64,000 nt of DNA from an uncultured Chlamydiae bacterium (GCA_963713615.1 CAVQMM010000001.1:2816001-2880000); one strand, 5' to 3'. Positions 37,879-47,675 are shown, numbered from the stretch's first letter. Made by a program: numbers and translations. Notes: a model not told the origin generated them from the letters alone.

Positions 37879-39375
37879 TTATAATGTGGCGTGCTTTAAC
37901 AGCTCGTCGTATGAGCCAAGATCGTGTTGTTCAATCTCTACCAGAGGGACAACGTGCTTCGCTTCCTTAAAGTGTTGCTGTAGCTCTTCAAAGCTTGGTA
38001 TGCGTTGCTCGTTTAGTGCCTTTCGAAGCTCGGCTGCAATTTGTTGCTGGTGACCGTCTGCAGCCAGCTTTAAGATCCTCACCATTTCCTTACATGCCAT
38101 ACGCTCATCAAGCCGCGCATCCAGTAACACCCAAGCCTGGCGAAATTCATCGCTGGGAAATAAATCATCTCTAAAGATGTAGTGTCGAAACGCTTGAGGC
38201 TTGCGGACAAGCTCAGGAATGACATGGCGATAGTCGATGTTTCTTGGGCGAGGACCCGTCTTGCTCCAACGTAATCGCGGAAAAGTAATGATATGAGAGG
38301 CTGCATGAAAACACTCTAATCGGTCGTCATGAACGTGTACCGTTAACGTATGACCTATCAAGCGCGAAGGCACTGCATAATATGCCTGTCGTACGGTTAT
38401 GATGCCCGTGGTAGGAACACCGACGTTTTCTATATCGTGACTGCCTACCTTATGTTTTGGGAGAGGCTTTAGGTGCTTTCGTTCTTCAGCTACTTCAGCC
38501 TGACGTCGCGAATTGTCACTTTTAACAATTTCATCGACAAAGTTTCGATACTCTTGCAGTGAGGAAAAGTCTCTAGAACCCCTCAGGCGCAGCTTTTGAT
38601 CGATTTTATTTTTAAGATGTCTGTGCGAACTTTCAATACTGCCATTTTCATGCTTTACTCCTTTATTGTTTCGCGTGGGCTTTACATCATAGTGTGCGCA
38701 CATTTCATTGTACGCGTTTGTAAGGTCCTCTCTTGCTGATTCATTTAGATTTTTATATGCCGCTGAAAGACTATCGGTACGATGGGTTTCAGGTACCCCA
38801 CCTAGCTCCCATAACGCATTTTGAAAACCTGCAGAGAGAGCTACATGGGACTCTCCTCCCAGAATGACAAAGGCATATGCCCAGCCGCTGAATGGAACCC
38901 TGAAATGATACAGCAAATGAGGAAGCGAAGTACCCTCTATTGTTACATGCAGTTCATCGCAGTTGGTAAAGTCAGAAATGCCCTGAAAACCGGGAGGGTG
39001 GTTTTGCCGAAAGATCCGTTCCTTCTCCCTTCCATGGAGTGCTTTCCATTGCCGAACCCTTCTTTGTAGGGTTCTAAGTAGGCTGTCGGGATATTCCTGT
39101 GGATAGCGTTCCTGGAGATCCCGCATTAAGGTAATGGGCGTTAGGAACGGATCTCTTTCCAACAGGGGAACGAACTCGGTCCTCCAGACTTTCGCGAAGG
39201 GGTCTGATGAAGATCCAGATTTGGAGCGATACTCCTTGATATGAGTGCCTTTCTCGAAGCGCTTAGCGCTTCGCGTACTAATACCCGCTTTGGCAGCGGC
39301 AGTGGCCTGCATGCTGCCACCGTTTCTAATTTGCATATACAACCTCAATTGTTCTTTCGTAATTCTATTTGACAT
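37879..39375 (-). CDS. istA: IS21 transposase
   Basis: RTLQRRVRQWKA, SDFT, LGGVPETHRTDSLSAA, HENGSIES, YAVPSRLIG. Confidence 0.95.
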   Translation of the reverse strand: MSNRITKEQLRLYMQIRNGGSMQATAAAKAGISTRSAKRFEKGTHIKEYRSKSGSSSDPFAKVWRTEFVPLLERDPFLTPITLMRDLQERYPQEYPDSLLRTLQRRVRQWKALHGREKERIFRQNHPPGFQGISDFTNCDELHVTIEGTSLPHLLYHFRVPFSGWAYAFVILGGESHVALSAGFQNALWELGGVPETHRTDSLSAAYKNLNESAREDLTNAYNEMCAHYDVKPTRNNKGVKHENGSIESSHRHLKNKIDQKLRLRGSRDFSSLQEYRNFVDEIVKSDNSRRQAEVAEERKHLKPLPKHKVGSHDIENVGVPTTGIITVRQAYYAVPSRLIGHTLTVHVHDDRLECFHAASHIITFPRLRWSKTGPRPRNIDYRHVIPELVRKPQAFRHYIFRDDLFPSDEFRQAWVLLDARLDERMACKEMVRILKLAADGHQQQIAAELRKALNEQRIPSFEELQQHFKEAKHVVPLVEIEQHDLGSYDELLKHATL

Positions 39376-39674
39376 CCTAACTCTCGCTTAAGTTTGGGGA
39401 CGTCAGCATTCTAAATGCTCTCTTGCAAGCTCCCAAGAAAGGACTGAAAGATTTGAGGGATTGGGCCGTTGATTCTGGCCTGTTTTTAGGTGCCAACCGA
39501 CTGTCGTCGGGCGGTGATGGGAGGTGCCAACCGCGTGTCGCGGGTCGGTGATGGAGGAGGTGCCAGGAGGTTGTCGTCAGTCGGTGATGGAAGGTGCCAA
39601 CTCGCTGACGCCGGGCGGTGATGGAAGGTGCCAACTGCGTGTCGCCGAGGTGCCATCATCACTGTCGCCGTACA

Positions 39675-39852
39675 TTGTAGTTTGGAGGAGAGCAAATCTT
39701 CTTATGCTCTCGTCGTCTACAGCCCAGAAATCCACGACCAAATCGACTCGCTCGAAATAGATGCCGATTTTGTAGTCGCCTTGCCCGATAATGGAAGAGG
39801 CGATCTTATCGAAGAAGTACCCAAAGGAGGCTACAAAGTGTTTTACGGTTAA
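39675..39852 (+). pseudogene. 5'-truncated paralog of the small gene at 32852
   Basis: Begins exactly at the IS21 end; aligns from 32896 onward; ends EEVPKGGYKVFYG*. Confidence 0.7.
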
Positions 39853-40007
39853 GTTTTTTAAAATCTTTTTTCTCAGTCAGCATGGAATTGAGTATCAGGG
39901 TTGCCGCATGAAAATAGCGCCAAAAATCTAACTTGCGCAGGAAGAAGAAAGTCTCTTCGAAAAAACAGGTGCTTCGAGGTACAATCGAAGGGCTTGAGGT
40001 TTTGAAC

Positions 40008-42395
40008 ATGAACGTATTTAATAGTTCCGTGCGTTTCCGTCCGGTGCGAATTGGCTGGTGCCTGCATCAAGATGACTGGGTAGCCTATCGAGAAACCCTG
40101 GGTCTTAATTTCATTCTTGCAGGCGGGCAGTTCAACCCCTTGATTCCGATAGACGATGAAAATTATGCCCAAGCTTTGATTCGAGCATTTCGAGTCGACA
40201 TCCTCTTATCGATTTCTGAAGATGCCAAAATACGAGCTTTCATCGAGAAATTTCCACACTTAAAACCCCCATCTTTGAATCCAAGATTTTGGGACTCATT
40301 TCAAAGCGGCAAAATTCCACATTTTGTTGACATTTCTCACTCCATCAAAAAGCATTTCGGTCAACTGGACAAAAATAGTCCTGACTATCAATTCCTATGT
40401 TATGATTGGCAACCAGACGATCCTTTAGCTAATGTTTTTCTCGCTACGTACGGCAAATTACCACCACCGTCTCCAAAAGAAATAGATTATGCCGCTCTAC
40501 TCGGTAAGGGAGTCTCTGCAAATTCCCAAACGCTGACACTGCAAGACGCATTTCCTATCATTATGAGAGACCCTTCTACATTCGTTCCACGCTGCTTTTG
40601 CCGTTTAGGAGTAAAACAACACTACCGACATAGCAATCATTGGGAGTGTAACGGCTTTTATGTCGGGCACGCCGATGATTTCCAAGACATGGTCAACTTT
40701 TGGAATCTGCAAGCGACAGATCTTTCATTAGTATTTTACGATCCAACTCATGCAGACCGACTGCAAAAAAGACGGCAAGATTGGTTATCTTTTTTCCCGC
40801 CCCTTGGTAAAGAGACCGTTCCCAAGATTCCGCCACTTGCACTATGGGGGAGAACCCTTGATATTTTGAACGAACCGATTAAATGGGCGACTCCCACTAG
40901 GCTTTGTAAAATAGATATTACTTCTTGGAATGGTTCCAATATCAAAGTGCCTTATATGTACTTCACCGAACATCATGTGATGGGCATTCAATCGGCTAGT
41001 CCTTTTGGAAAACAGACATTTTCGATACAGTCTCCAGCGCATCCATTTGATGATGATGTATTTTTACAGAGCCAGCAGATGGTAATTGCTATTCAGCCAC
41101 AGATTGCCTATTCATCAGATCATGCATCTACCTTGCAGCTCCCCTTCGTGCCTGAGCTTAACGATTACTACGATAGAGCTATCCATGCCGGAGTAGGTCT
41201 TGCCTGCACACGAGTAGAGCCGGACGGGGTTGGATTTATTAAAAACATTCACTACCATGATCTTTCAATTCACCCTGTAAATATAGCCGACCTAATAAGT
41301 CAGTTGTTCGCACTATCTGACGTTAAAGCAACTCTCAGCGATGCTGGACTAACTACACAAAGATTGATCCACCAGATGGGCGGATTACAGCAATGCCGAC
41401 TTTTCAAAATCCCAGGAGTTCGGAAACTGATTAGGCAGCTAGCTCCAACTAAGGCATTTTCTTGGAAAACAGCTGTGGACTATATCCGAGGGGAAGACCA
41501 GCAGACAAAAAAATGTTCTTTCGACAATTACTCCCACGTGTACCTCAACGGAAAGAAACTAACTCCTGATGCCGTCATGGAAACTTTTCTCGAAAGAAAA
41601 CTTTTCTCCGCAGGGCTTCAGCTGTCTTGTCCCAATTGCCCATTCGATTTTTGGGCCTCTAACAATTTGCCTAGCCCTCAAACTTGCGAATACTGTCAAC
41701 ACACTTTCAATATTTTGCCCTATTTGAAAGATCATGGGATATGGCATTTTCGTCCTTCAGGATTATTTGCTACAGGAGGAGATCCAAAGAAAGGAGGAGA
41801 TCAAAAAGGAGCTATTCCGACGATACTCACTCTTCAGCAACTGGAACACGCATTGGAGTGGGGAAAAATGCCATACTGTGCCTCAATCAATTTCCGCAGA
41901 ACGGGGGTAAAAAAGTTTGCCTGTGAATCTGATTTTGTTGTTGTCCTTCCAGAACCTAATGCCGAAGGCAAAATAGAAATTGTCTTGGCTGAGTGTAAAG
42001 CAGAAGGCGGAGAAATTACCGCCGAAGACGTTGAAAAATTAAGCTTTCTAGCCGACGCTCTCCCCAAAGAGCAATTTCGTATCTACATCCTTTTTTCCAA
42101 GCTCACTAGATTTTCCCCTGAAGAACTCGACAGGATTGCTTTGATTAATACCAATAATATAAGAGCAATTATCTTCTCTACTCCCGACCTTGAAACCTTA
42201 CGTCCCTATGAAACACTGTTACAAAAAAACAAGAGCATGAGATTCGCGGGAAAGCTAAAAGACATGGCCGAAATCACTCACTCTCTGATTTTATCGGATC
42301 GCCAATGGGGCTATCCTGAACAAAAGGAGAAGGACAATGCCTTGACATTGCCCCCTTTATTACCTCAATCTCAGTTAGGAGCCACAACCTCATAA
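40008..42395 (+). CDS. Large hypothetical protein with Zn ribbon and C-terminal PD-(D/E)xK-like nuclease domain (defence candidate)
   Basis: N-terminal RFRPVRIGW...GGQFNPLIP; CPNC...CEYC; ESDFVVVL...IVLAECK; GAGG RBS before ATG 40008 (ORF open from 39933). Confidence 0.65.
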   Translation: MNVFNSSVRFRPVRIGWCLHQDDWVAYRETLGLNFILAGGQFNPLIPIDDENYAQALIRAFRVDILLSISEDAKIRAFIEKFPHLKPPSLNPRFWDSFQSGKIPHFVDISHSIKKHFGQLDKNSPDYQFLCYDWQPDDPLANVFLATYGKLPPPSPKEIDYAALLGKGVSANSQTLTLQDAFPIIMRDPSTFVPRCFCRLGVKQHYRHSNHWECNGFYVGHADDFQDMVNFWNLQATDLSLVFYDPTHADRLQKRRQDWLSFFPPLGKETVPKIPPLALWGRTLDILNEPIKWATPTRLCKIDITSWNGSNIKVPYMYFTEHHVMGIQSASPFGKQTFSIQSPAHPFDDDVFLQSQQMVIAIQPQIAYSSDHASTLQLPFVPELNDYYDRAIHAGVGLACTRVEPDGVGFIKNIHYHDLSIHPVNIADLISQLFALSDVKATLSDAGLTTQRLIHQMGGLQQCRLFKIPGVRKLIRQLAPTKAFSWKTAVDYIRGEDQQTKKCSFDNYSHVYLNGKKLTPDAVMETFLERKLFSAGLQLSCPNCPFDFWASNNLPSPQTCEYCQHTFNILPYLKDHGIWHFRPSGLFATGGDPKKGGDQKGAIPTILTLQQLEHALEWGKMPYCASINFRRTGVKKFACESDFVVVLPEPNAEGKIEIVLAECKAEGGEITAEDVEKLSFLADALPKEQFRIYILFSKLTRFSPEELDRIALINTNNIRAIIFSTPDLETLRPYETLLQKNKSMRFAGKLKDMAEITHSLILSDRQWGYPEQKEKDNALTLPPLLPQSQLGATTS

Positions 42396-42412
42396 CGAGG
42401 CACAAGAGCAAC

Positions 42413-44668
42413 TTATGCTTTCGATTTCTGAAAGAATAGCGCCTGTTTTTCAAGATAATTATCTATTTTATCGTTGATCAAAAAGGCTGCTCTGTCGAAC
42501 TCTAACTGGAGTTCCTTGCTCATTCTGCCAGAAGACAACTCGACTAGGAGATTAGATAAAATAATGATGCGTAAATCATTTCGAGACAGTTTCCTATCGG
42601 ATTCCCAAAAACGCTCTATTTGAGAATCGGTTCTCTCTGAAGCTGCCATAACCGCCTGTTGCTGAGAAAGTCTAGAGCGAGAGTCCTGCGAAGCCTTACG
42701 ACATACGAGAATGATGTCCAAATCAATGGGGTCTTTCGCTTGTTGCTTAGGCACAGCTACTGACATCTCAGATTTAACTGGCTGTGCGGAGACAAAATTA
42801 AATCCAGCGGAAGCAACTGCATGGGAAACAGCTGACCATCCTTCCTCTTTTGAATGGTGGTATGTAAAAACTAGCATCCCTGTATCCTTTAAAACACGGT
42901 GACACTCGGAAAATACAGCAGCCAACTTTTCGGAAAATTTCTGTGAATCAGCATCTTGGACTTCGCTAGGATGGCGAGTAGTATTAGAAGCCGCTGCCAT
43001 ATCACCTAGTAGTGGGTGTTGCCATGCATAAAAGAAATCGGCTAATTCGGAATAGTGTACGTTGTCAAAAAAAGGTGGATCGGTGACAACTAAGTCCACG
43101 GATTGATCGTGAAGATCTGTTTTTGAAGAATCTCCACAAGAAAGGTATATGGAATATGGTCGTAATTCATCCGATCTATTAACAAAATTTAAATCACGAC
43201 CAATTGGCTTGTTGCATTTAAAATTCTTTGTCCCAACTTTTTTGTTTTCACCTACCTCAATTTCGAATGGATTTTCACGATATTCTAAGCAGCGCAATAA
43301 TCTTGATTTGAATAAGCTGGAAAATGCCCCTGAACTTTTTGAAGTGCCCCAAACATTTGCTTCTATTGGATGTCTCTCCGGTTTAAGAATATGATGCGAA
43401 AACATATGACGGACTGCACCAGTGCCTTCACCCTTGAAAGAACAGAACATATTGTTGAATTCCAAAGTGCCAGAAAACAGAATGGAAAAGATTAGCCTTA
43501 AGTTTTGGTTCTCAATTTTCTGTATTTCTTTTCCGAGCCATGAAAGTGCTAAAAGTTGGCGGGAATTGAAGAATTGCTCCCACTGTGTGTAGCAATAATT
43601 CATTGCCTGAGTAGTATTTTTACCCGGTTTTAGCTCAGTTTTGTTAATAAGAGGGGGCTCATGTCTAAGAAGATCGTTTACTTGTGAAAATTTGAGCAAA
43701 TCTTCGCTTGTTATTTTACGGTATTCCTTTTCATTTTCAGGGGTTAGTACCATTTTAGCGTACATACGGTGTTCAGGTGGCTTTCCGCTTTTCTTTACAA
43801 TTGGTGCAATTGCAAATTGACAATGACAGTTTGAGCACTTTGCTTTAGCTTTTTCTGCTGGACCAATTTGAGGATCAAATGCGAAAGAACATGCCGGACA
43901 TTGCTCAGAATTTGAGTCGAATCTGGCAGAAAAGACTTCTCCACATTTTGGGCAAAGACATTTTGACTGCGGGAAACGAGAAGAATAAGCATGTTTGGAA
44001 AAAATGTAGTTATTGAAAAGATCAACAGGTGCTTTACAATCAGGACAATTAACGTATTTTACCCAAAAATAATAGAGCACTTCGCCGCCATCCGAGAGTT
44101 GGTAAAGGGATCTAATTTTTTTTCCAACGTTCTCTTCTAAAATATTGAATGTACTTTCCACATCTTCGGTATTTACGTTAGAAAATGCTGCTCGAACTCC
44201 GTTGTAAGCGACAGGGTTAATATCTCTTCCTATAACCGTACACCCAAGTTTAATTGCTTCTCCTATCGTAGTTCCGCTGCCCATGAAAGGATCAAAAACA
44301 ACCAACCCACCTAAATCTGTTTCGGAATAAAAATGATGAAGGACGGAGGTTTTATTGGGGAGAGAAGAACCAAGAATAATTGAACGAAAGACACTTCCTA
44401 AACGTTGTGCCCACCACTTGTGAAGATGGTAGATAGGTCTGTAAACTTCTTTACGCCAACTTTCTATCTCAGCTATTTCGCTAATTTCAGCAAACGGAAA
44501 ATCATTCTCAATGGATGACAATATAGTCTCCCATTGATTATCAGGTGAACAAATTCCTGGTAATTTAAGATCTGTCATCTCAAATCCTGAGAAATAGGCA
44601 ACAGATTGTTCTGAGCTAACAATAGATTTTGGGCAATTTACTAGATGAGGTGGAATCAATGGCATCAT
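42413..44668 (-). CDS. Large amino-DNA methyltransferase with Zn-ribbon insert (DUF1156-like)
   Basis: LHKWWAQRLGSVFR; motif I VFDPFMGSGTT; CPDC, CPKC, CPAC, CSNC; motif IV VVTDPPFFDN; RVLKDTG..VFTYHH. Confidence 0.88.
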   Translation of the reverse strand: MMPLIPPHLVNCPKSIVSSEQSVAYFSGFEMTDLKLPGICSPDNQWETILSSIENDFPFAEISEIAEIESWRKEVYRPIYHLHKWWAQRLGSVFRSIILGSSLPNKTSVLHHFYSETDLGGLVVFDPFMGSGTTIGEAIKLGCTVIGRDINPVAYNGVRAAFSNVNTEDVESTFNILEENVGKKIRSLYQLSDGGEVLYYFWVKYVNCPDCKAPVDLFNNYIFSKHAYSSRFPQSKCLCPKCGEVFSARFDSNSEQCPACSFAFDPQIGPAEKAKAKCSNCHCQFAIAPIVKKSGKPPEHRMYAKMVLTPENEKEYRKITSEDLLKFSQVNDLLRHEPPLINKTELKPGKNTTQAMNYCYTQWEQFFNSRQLLALSWLGKEIQKIENQNLRLIFSILFSGTLEFNNMFCSFKGEGTGAVRHMFSHHILKPERHPIEANVWGTSKSSGAFSSLFKSRLLRCLEYRENPFEIEVGENKKVGTKNFKCNKPIGRDLNFVNRSDELRPYSIYLSCGDSSKTDLHDQSVDLVVTDPPFFDNVHYSELADFFYAWQHPLLGDMAAASNTTRHPSEVQDADSQKFSEKLAAVFSECHRVLKDTGMLVFTYHHSKEEGWSAVSHAVASAGFNFVSAQPVKSEMSVAVPKQQAKDPIDLDIILVCRKASQDSRSRLSQQQAVMAASERTDSQIERFWESDRKLSRNDLRIIILSNLLVELSSGRMSKELQLEFDRAAFLINDKIDNYLEKQALFFQKSKA

Positions 44669-45459
44669 TCCTCTTCTTCTTCTGGAAAAATTTCGTTTAT
44701 TTGACCTTTCACAATAGCTACTTCTTTATCAGAATCTGAATTAATTCTGTAAGCTGAAAAGGCATGTTTTTCTCCAGCATTTTGATTTGGAATAGTTTTA
44801 GGTGCGATTGTATTTTGAATAAGATCGAACTCGTAACCTATGACTATACTTGCCGATTCAAAACGGATGAGATCCCCAACTTTCTTGAAATTACTTGGGG
44901 GTATCATTGTAGACGGAACAATAAGAGTCCTTGTTCCTGTAAGCCCTTGAGCGATCGCAAACGGTGTAGGAGCTACGTACATCTTCCTATCTCGAATCAT
45001 AATGTCTCCGTAACTGCCAAAACCTTTTACGCTTCTGTTTTTATGGATGTATTCATGATCCGCATTAAGAAAGTCTCCATGACAAATCACAAGATCGATG
45101 ACAGGATATTCATTGCCAGACCCCTCCGCACTAGGATACCGACCGAATACGTAATAGATATCTCGGCCGTTATGAAATCCCGTTGGAACTTGACTGTTAC
45201 AATCATAAGTCGACTCGCGCCCAGGCCATGCAAGTCCTTTTACTTCATACCCTTCAGTAGTTTCAACTAATGAAAAATCAGGGTAGGAATTACGTCCAGG
45301 TTTGTCGTAATGGGTGCCCATAGCGTCAAGTCGAGCTTGAAACCAATGTTGAAAGTGAAACTCTTTATCTGTTTTGCTAACTCGAGAAATAAGGGCTCCC
45401 TGAAGGATAGCCTCAACACACTTGGAAAATATTTCGAATATCTTTGTTTGTCTCATCAA
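44665..45459 (-). CDS. Putative PD-(D/E)xK restriction endonuclease
   Basis: DKEFHFQ...SYPDF...GYEVKGL catalytic-like pattern; stop codon overlaps the MTase start (ATGA). Confidence 0.65.
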   Translation of the reverse strand: MMRQTKIFEIFSKCVEAILQGALISRVSKTDKEFHFQHWFQARLDAMGTHYDKPGRNSYPDFSLVETTEGYEVKGLAWPGRESTYDCNSQVPTGFHNGRDIYYVFGRYPSAEGSGNEYPVIDLVICHGDFLNADHEYIHKNRSVKGFGSYGDIMIRDRKMYVAPTPFAIAQGLTGTRTLIVPSTMIPPSNFKKVGDLIRFESASIVIGYEFDLIQNTIAPKTIPNQNAGEKHAFSAYRINSDSDKEVAIVKGQINEIFPEEEEE

Positions 45460-45799
45460 TAACGCCTATTAAAATCCAAAATTTTCTTATCTCCCGCTTC
45501 GAATAGCTAAAGCTCTTTCTTTTGATTAAAAGAACCCTTCATGCTTTTTGCCAGCGGTTATTAAAATAAAGAGGCAAGCATGGGTCGTTGGAAGAATGGT
45601 ACCTGAAAATACGAGAAAAATACAGATGAAAGGTCGTTCAAAAAAAGGAAATCAGGAAATTTTGCGGGGAAATTAAAAGACACATCGCAACCAGTCTAGC
45701 TTTCTGACTAAGCGGCTGTTCATGGATGAAATCCAGGAGATTTGCGGGACGATTATTGCAGGGCGACGTTAAAGATTCCTGCTACGAAGATAACTCAAG

Positions 45800-46213
45800 C
45801 TACGTCTTCTGGGAAGTTGTGAGTTCTTCGCTTCGCTTTTGAAGTAAGTCCTTCAAAAGTTTGCTGCCGCTTTTGACTCTAGTAGCAATCAGTGCTGCAT
45901 GGGATGTTCTGGCTATGCTGGCTTCTGCAATTAGTTGTTTGAGTGAATTTATAAGATCCTCGTCAAGAAGAGTACTTTCTTCAGAATACACCAAGCGTTC
46001 CAGTGCATCAGTTTTGCAGGGACAAATAGGTCCGCCTATATATTTTGCATTGAGATCGAGTTCGTTTATGCAATGTCGAATTTTCTCAATGCAGTTTTTA
46101 CGCAGATTCACCGGCCCTTTTTTAGCCTCTTTTTGACGAGCCCAAAACTCCTCGATCCGATTAAGGACAAGACCAGCGACTATAAAAAGTAGGAACTGCC
46201 ATAAGTAATCCAT
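45800..46213 (-). CDS. Hypothetical protein with N-terminal TM
   Basis: 137 aa ORF with a hydrophobic N-terminus. Confidence 0.55.
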   Translation of the reverse strand: MDYLWQFLLFIVAGLVLNRIEEFWARQKEAKKGPVNLRKNCIEKIRHCINELDLNAKYIGGPICPCKTDALERLVYSEESTLLDEDLINSLKQLIAEASIARTSHAALIATRVKSGSKLLKDLLQKRSEELTTSQKT

Positions 46214-46243
46214 TTTAATGAGATGACACAGCGTTGTACGTTT

Positions 46244-46777
46244 TCATTTGTTTTTTTGTTTAATACAAGAGCGGCATGAATCTACTGCTCTTCCGAAAAA
46301 ATGCTTGCTGATAGATTGTTGGATTTCTTCAAGAAGCGGAAAGTCTTGGGAGATGTGCTTATCGTTATTCCAGAGCATCGTTATCCGAACCGCGGTTTGA
46401 GTTATATGGAAGGCGGGGTTCTCGTTGCTCGGGTCCATTTTGCGCATGATTGCCAAACTTTCGGTGAGCAAGGGCGTCAAATTGAGAGGACGGAAAAGCA
46501 GGCCAGTTTGGCAGACGTTTAGATCTTCAAAAAGGATTTTTGCTTGTTTAAGATGATCATAATACTGTTGTTCGCTTGTGCGGTTTTTCATGTGTTTTGC
46601 GAGGTCTTCTAGAACCCTTTTTAATTCATTCAGCTTGTTAAGGCATTTTTCTCTCGCCTCGCCATCTTTTGAGAGTGGTAGGGTGAATAAGCCGAGGACC
46701 CAGCCGAACAAGACTAGTGAAACGTCTTTTATCAAGTCGGACTCCGTGTTCAATGCCATTTGTGCATTACCTGCCAC
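46244..46777 (-). CDS. Hypothetical protein with N-terminal TM
   Basis: 177 aa ORF; VSLVLFGWVLGLFTLP hydrophobic segment; directly downstream of the tRNA. Confidence 0.55.
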   Translation of the reverse strand: MAGNAQMALNTESDLIKDVSLVLFGWVLGLFTLPLSKDGEAREKCLNKLNELKRVLEDLAKHMKNRTSEQQYYDHLKQAKILFEDLNVCQTGLLFRPLNLTPLLTESLAIMRKMDPSNENPAFHITQTAVRITMLWNNDKHISQDFPLLEEIQQSISKHFFGRAVDSCRSCIKQKNK

Positions 46778-46853
46778 ATACCTGGCACATTTGAGATTTT
46801 AGAGGATTGATTGGCAAGATTGTCTTGATCGTAACTCATTGATAATAAAAGAA

Positions 46854-46928
46854 TCTGGGTGAGAGGATTTGAACCTCCGACCTCTTGCACCCCATGCAAG
46901 TGCGCTAGCCAAGCTGCGCTACACCCAG
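46854..46928 (-). tRNA. tRNA-Pro (GGG)
   Basis: Reverse complement CTGGGTGTAGCGCAGCTTGGCTAGCGCACTTGCATGGGGTGCAAGAGGTCGGAGGTTCAAATCCTCTCACCCAGA folds as a cloverleaf; anticodon GGG; CCA not encoded. Confidence 0.96.
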
Positions 46929-46937
46929 ACAAGAAAA

Positions 46938-47193
46938 TTAGATATTGGCGAGGCCTTCGAATTGGAACTCAGAACGCTTTAATTCTTTGACAGCCATGCC
47001 TAGCGCATTCTTCGATGATCTTCTCTAAAGCGTCACCGGGATCGACTTCTGCTGCTGTGATATCGACAGAAATCGAGGCCGAAAAAACGACGCCACCCTT
47101 GATCCCTTTCACTTTGAAGTTGGCAAAGATGCCTTCTTTCTTCCGGGTGATGTTGATGAATCGTATAACGTTATTTTCAGCCAAGTCTTTCAT
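46938..47193 (-). CDS. Small hypothetical protein with an apparent 1-nt frameshift near its 3' end
   Basis: MKDLAENNVIRF...IIEECAR continues plausibly as MAVKELKRSEFQFEGLANI* in the next frame. Confidence 0.55.
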
Positions 47194-47288
47194 ATACAGC
47201 CTTAAGATAAAGGATGTAGTATAGGCCTTAAGGCCATTGCCGTCAATGCTTAAACGTTTTTTATCTCTCGCAAAGGACAAAAAGGACC

Positions 47289-47340
47289 AAAGGGACATAA
47301 AGGACTCAGGAGTAATTCTACAAGTCCTTTATGTCCCTTT
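47289..47340. repeat. Short REP-like palindrome
   Basis: AAAGGGACATAAAGGACT / AGTCCTTTATGTCCCTTT perfect 18-bp arms, preceded by degenerate AAAGGAC repeats. Confidence 0.7.
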
Positions 47341-47675
47341 AGCCCATCCAAGAGCGACATGCGCAAGTGACCGTACTTTCAAGTAACTCAAAAGGTTAGC
47401 TGGCGAATTTCCTATGTGGCGCAGTCATTCCATGCATATTGTTGCACACATCTTTTTCTTGACTCACAATCGTATCTCGGCGCGCAGCGCTTTGGAGTGC
47501 GTGTCGCTCGCGACCGCTTTGGATTTGGGCGAGCCTATTGAATCGCGCACCGTTCTTTGGAGGCTTAAACCCCCACAGTTACCCCTAGAGCGAAAGGTTA
47601 CGTTTCTTGCAATGCCAACTTCGCCCAAATCCAAAGCGGTCGCGAGGTAAGCGTCAATTGAGGCCATCTGGCGAT

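Larger units (their letters stand above)
36411..39674 (-). mobile_element. IS21-family element with 205-bp terminal inverted repeats
   Basis: TG...CA ends; 36411-36615 is the reverse complement of 39470-39674 (one mismatch seen); encodes istA, istB and a third ORF; no TSD visible. Confidence 0.92.

Noticed and set aside
46938..47010. Programmed frameshift in the small gene upstream of tRNA-Pro
   Set aside because: No slippery sequence at the shift; a single-base sequencing error or recent mutation is more likely.
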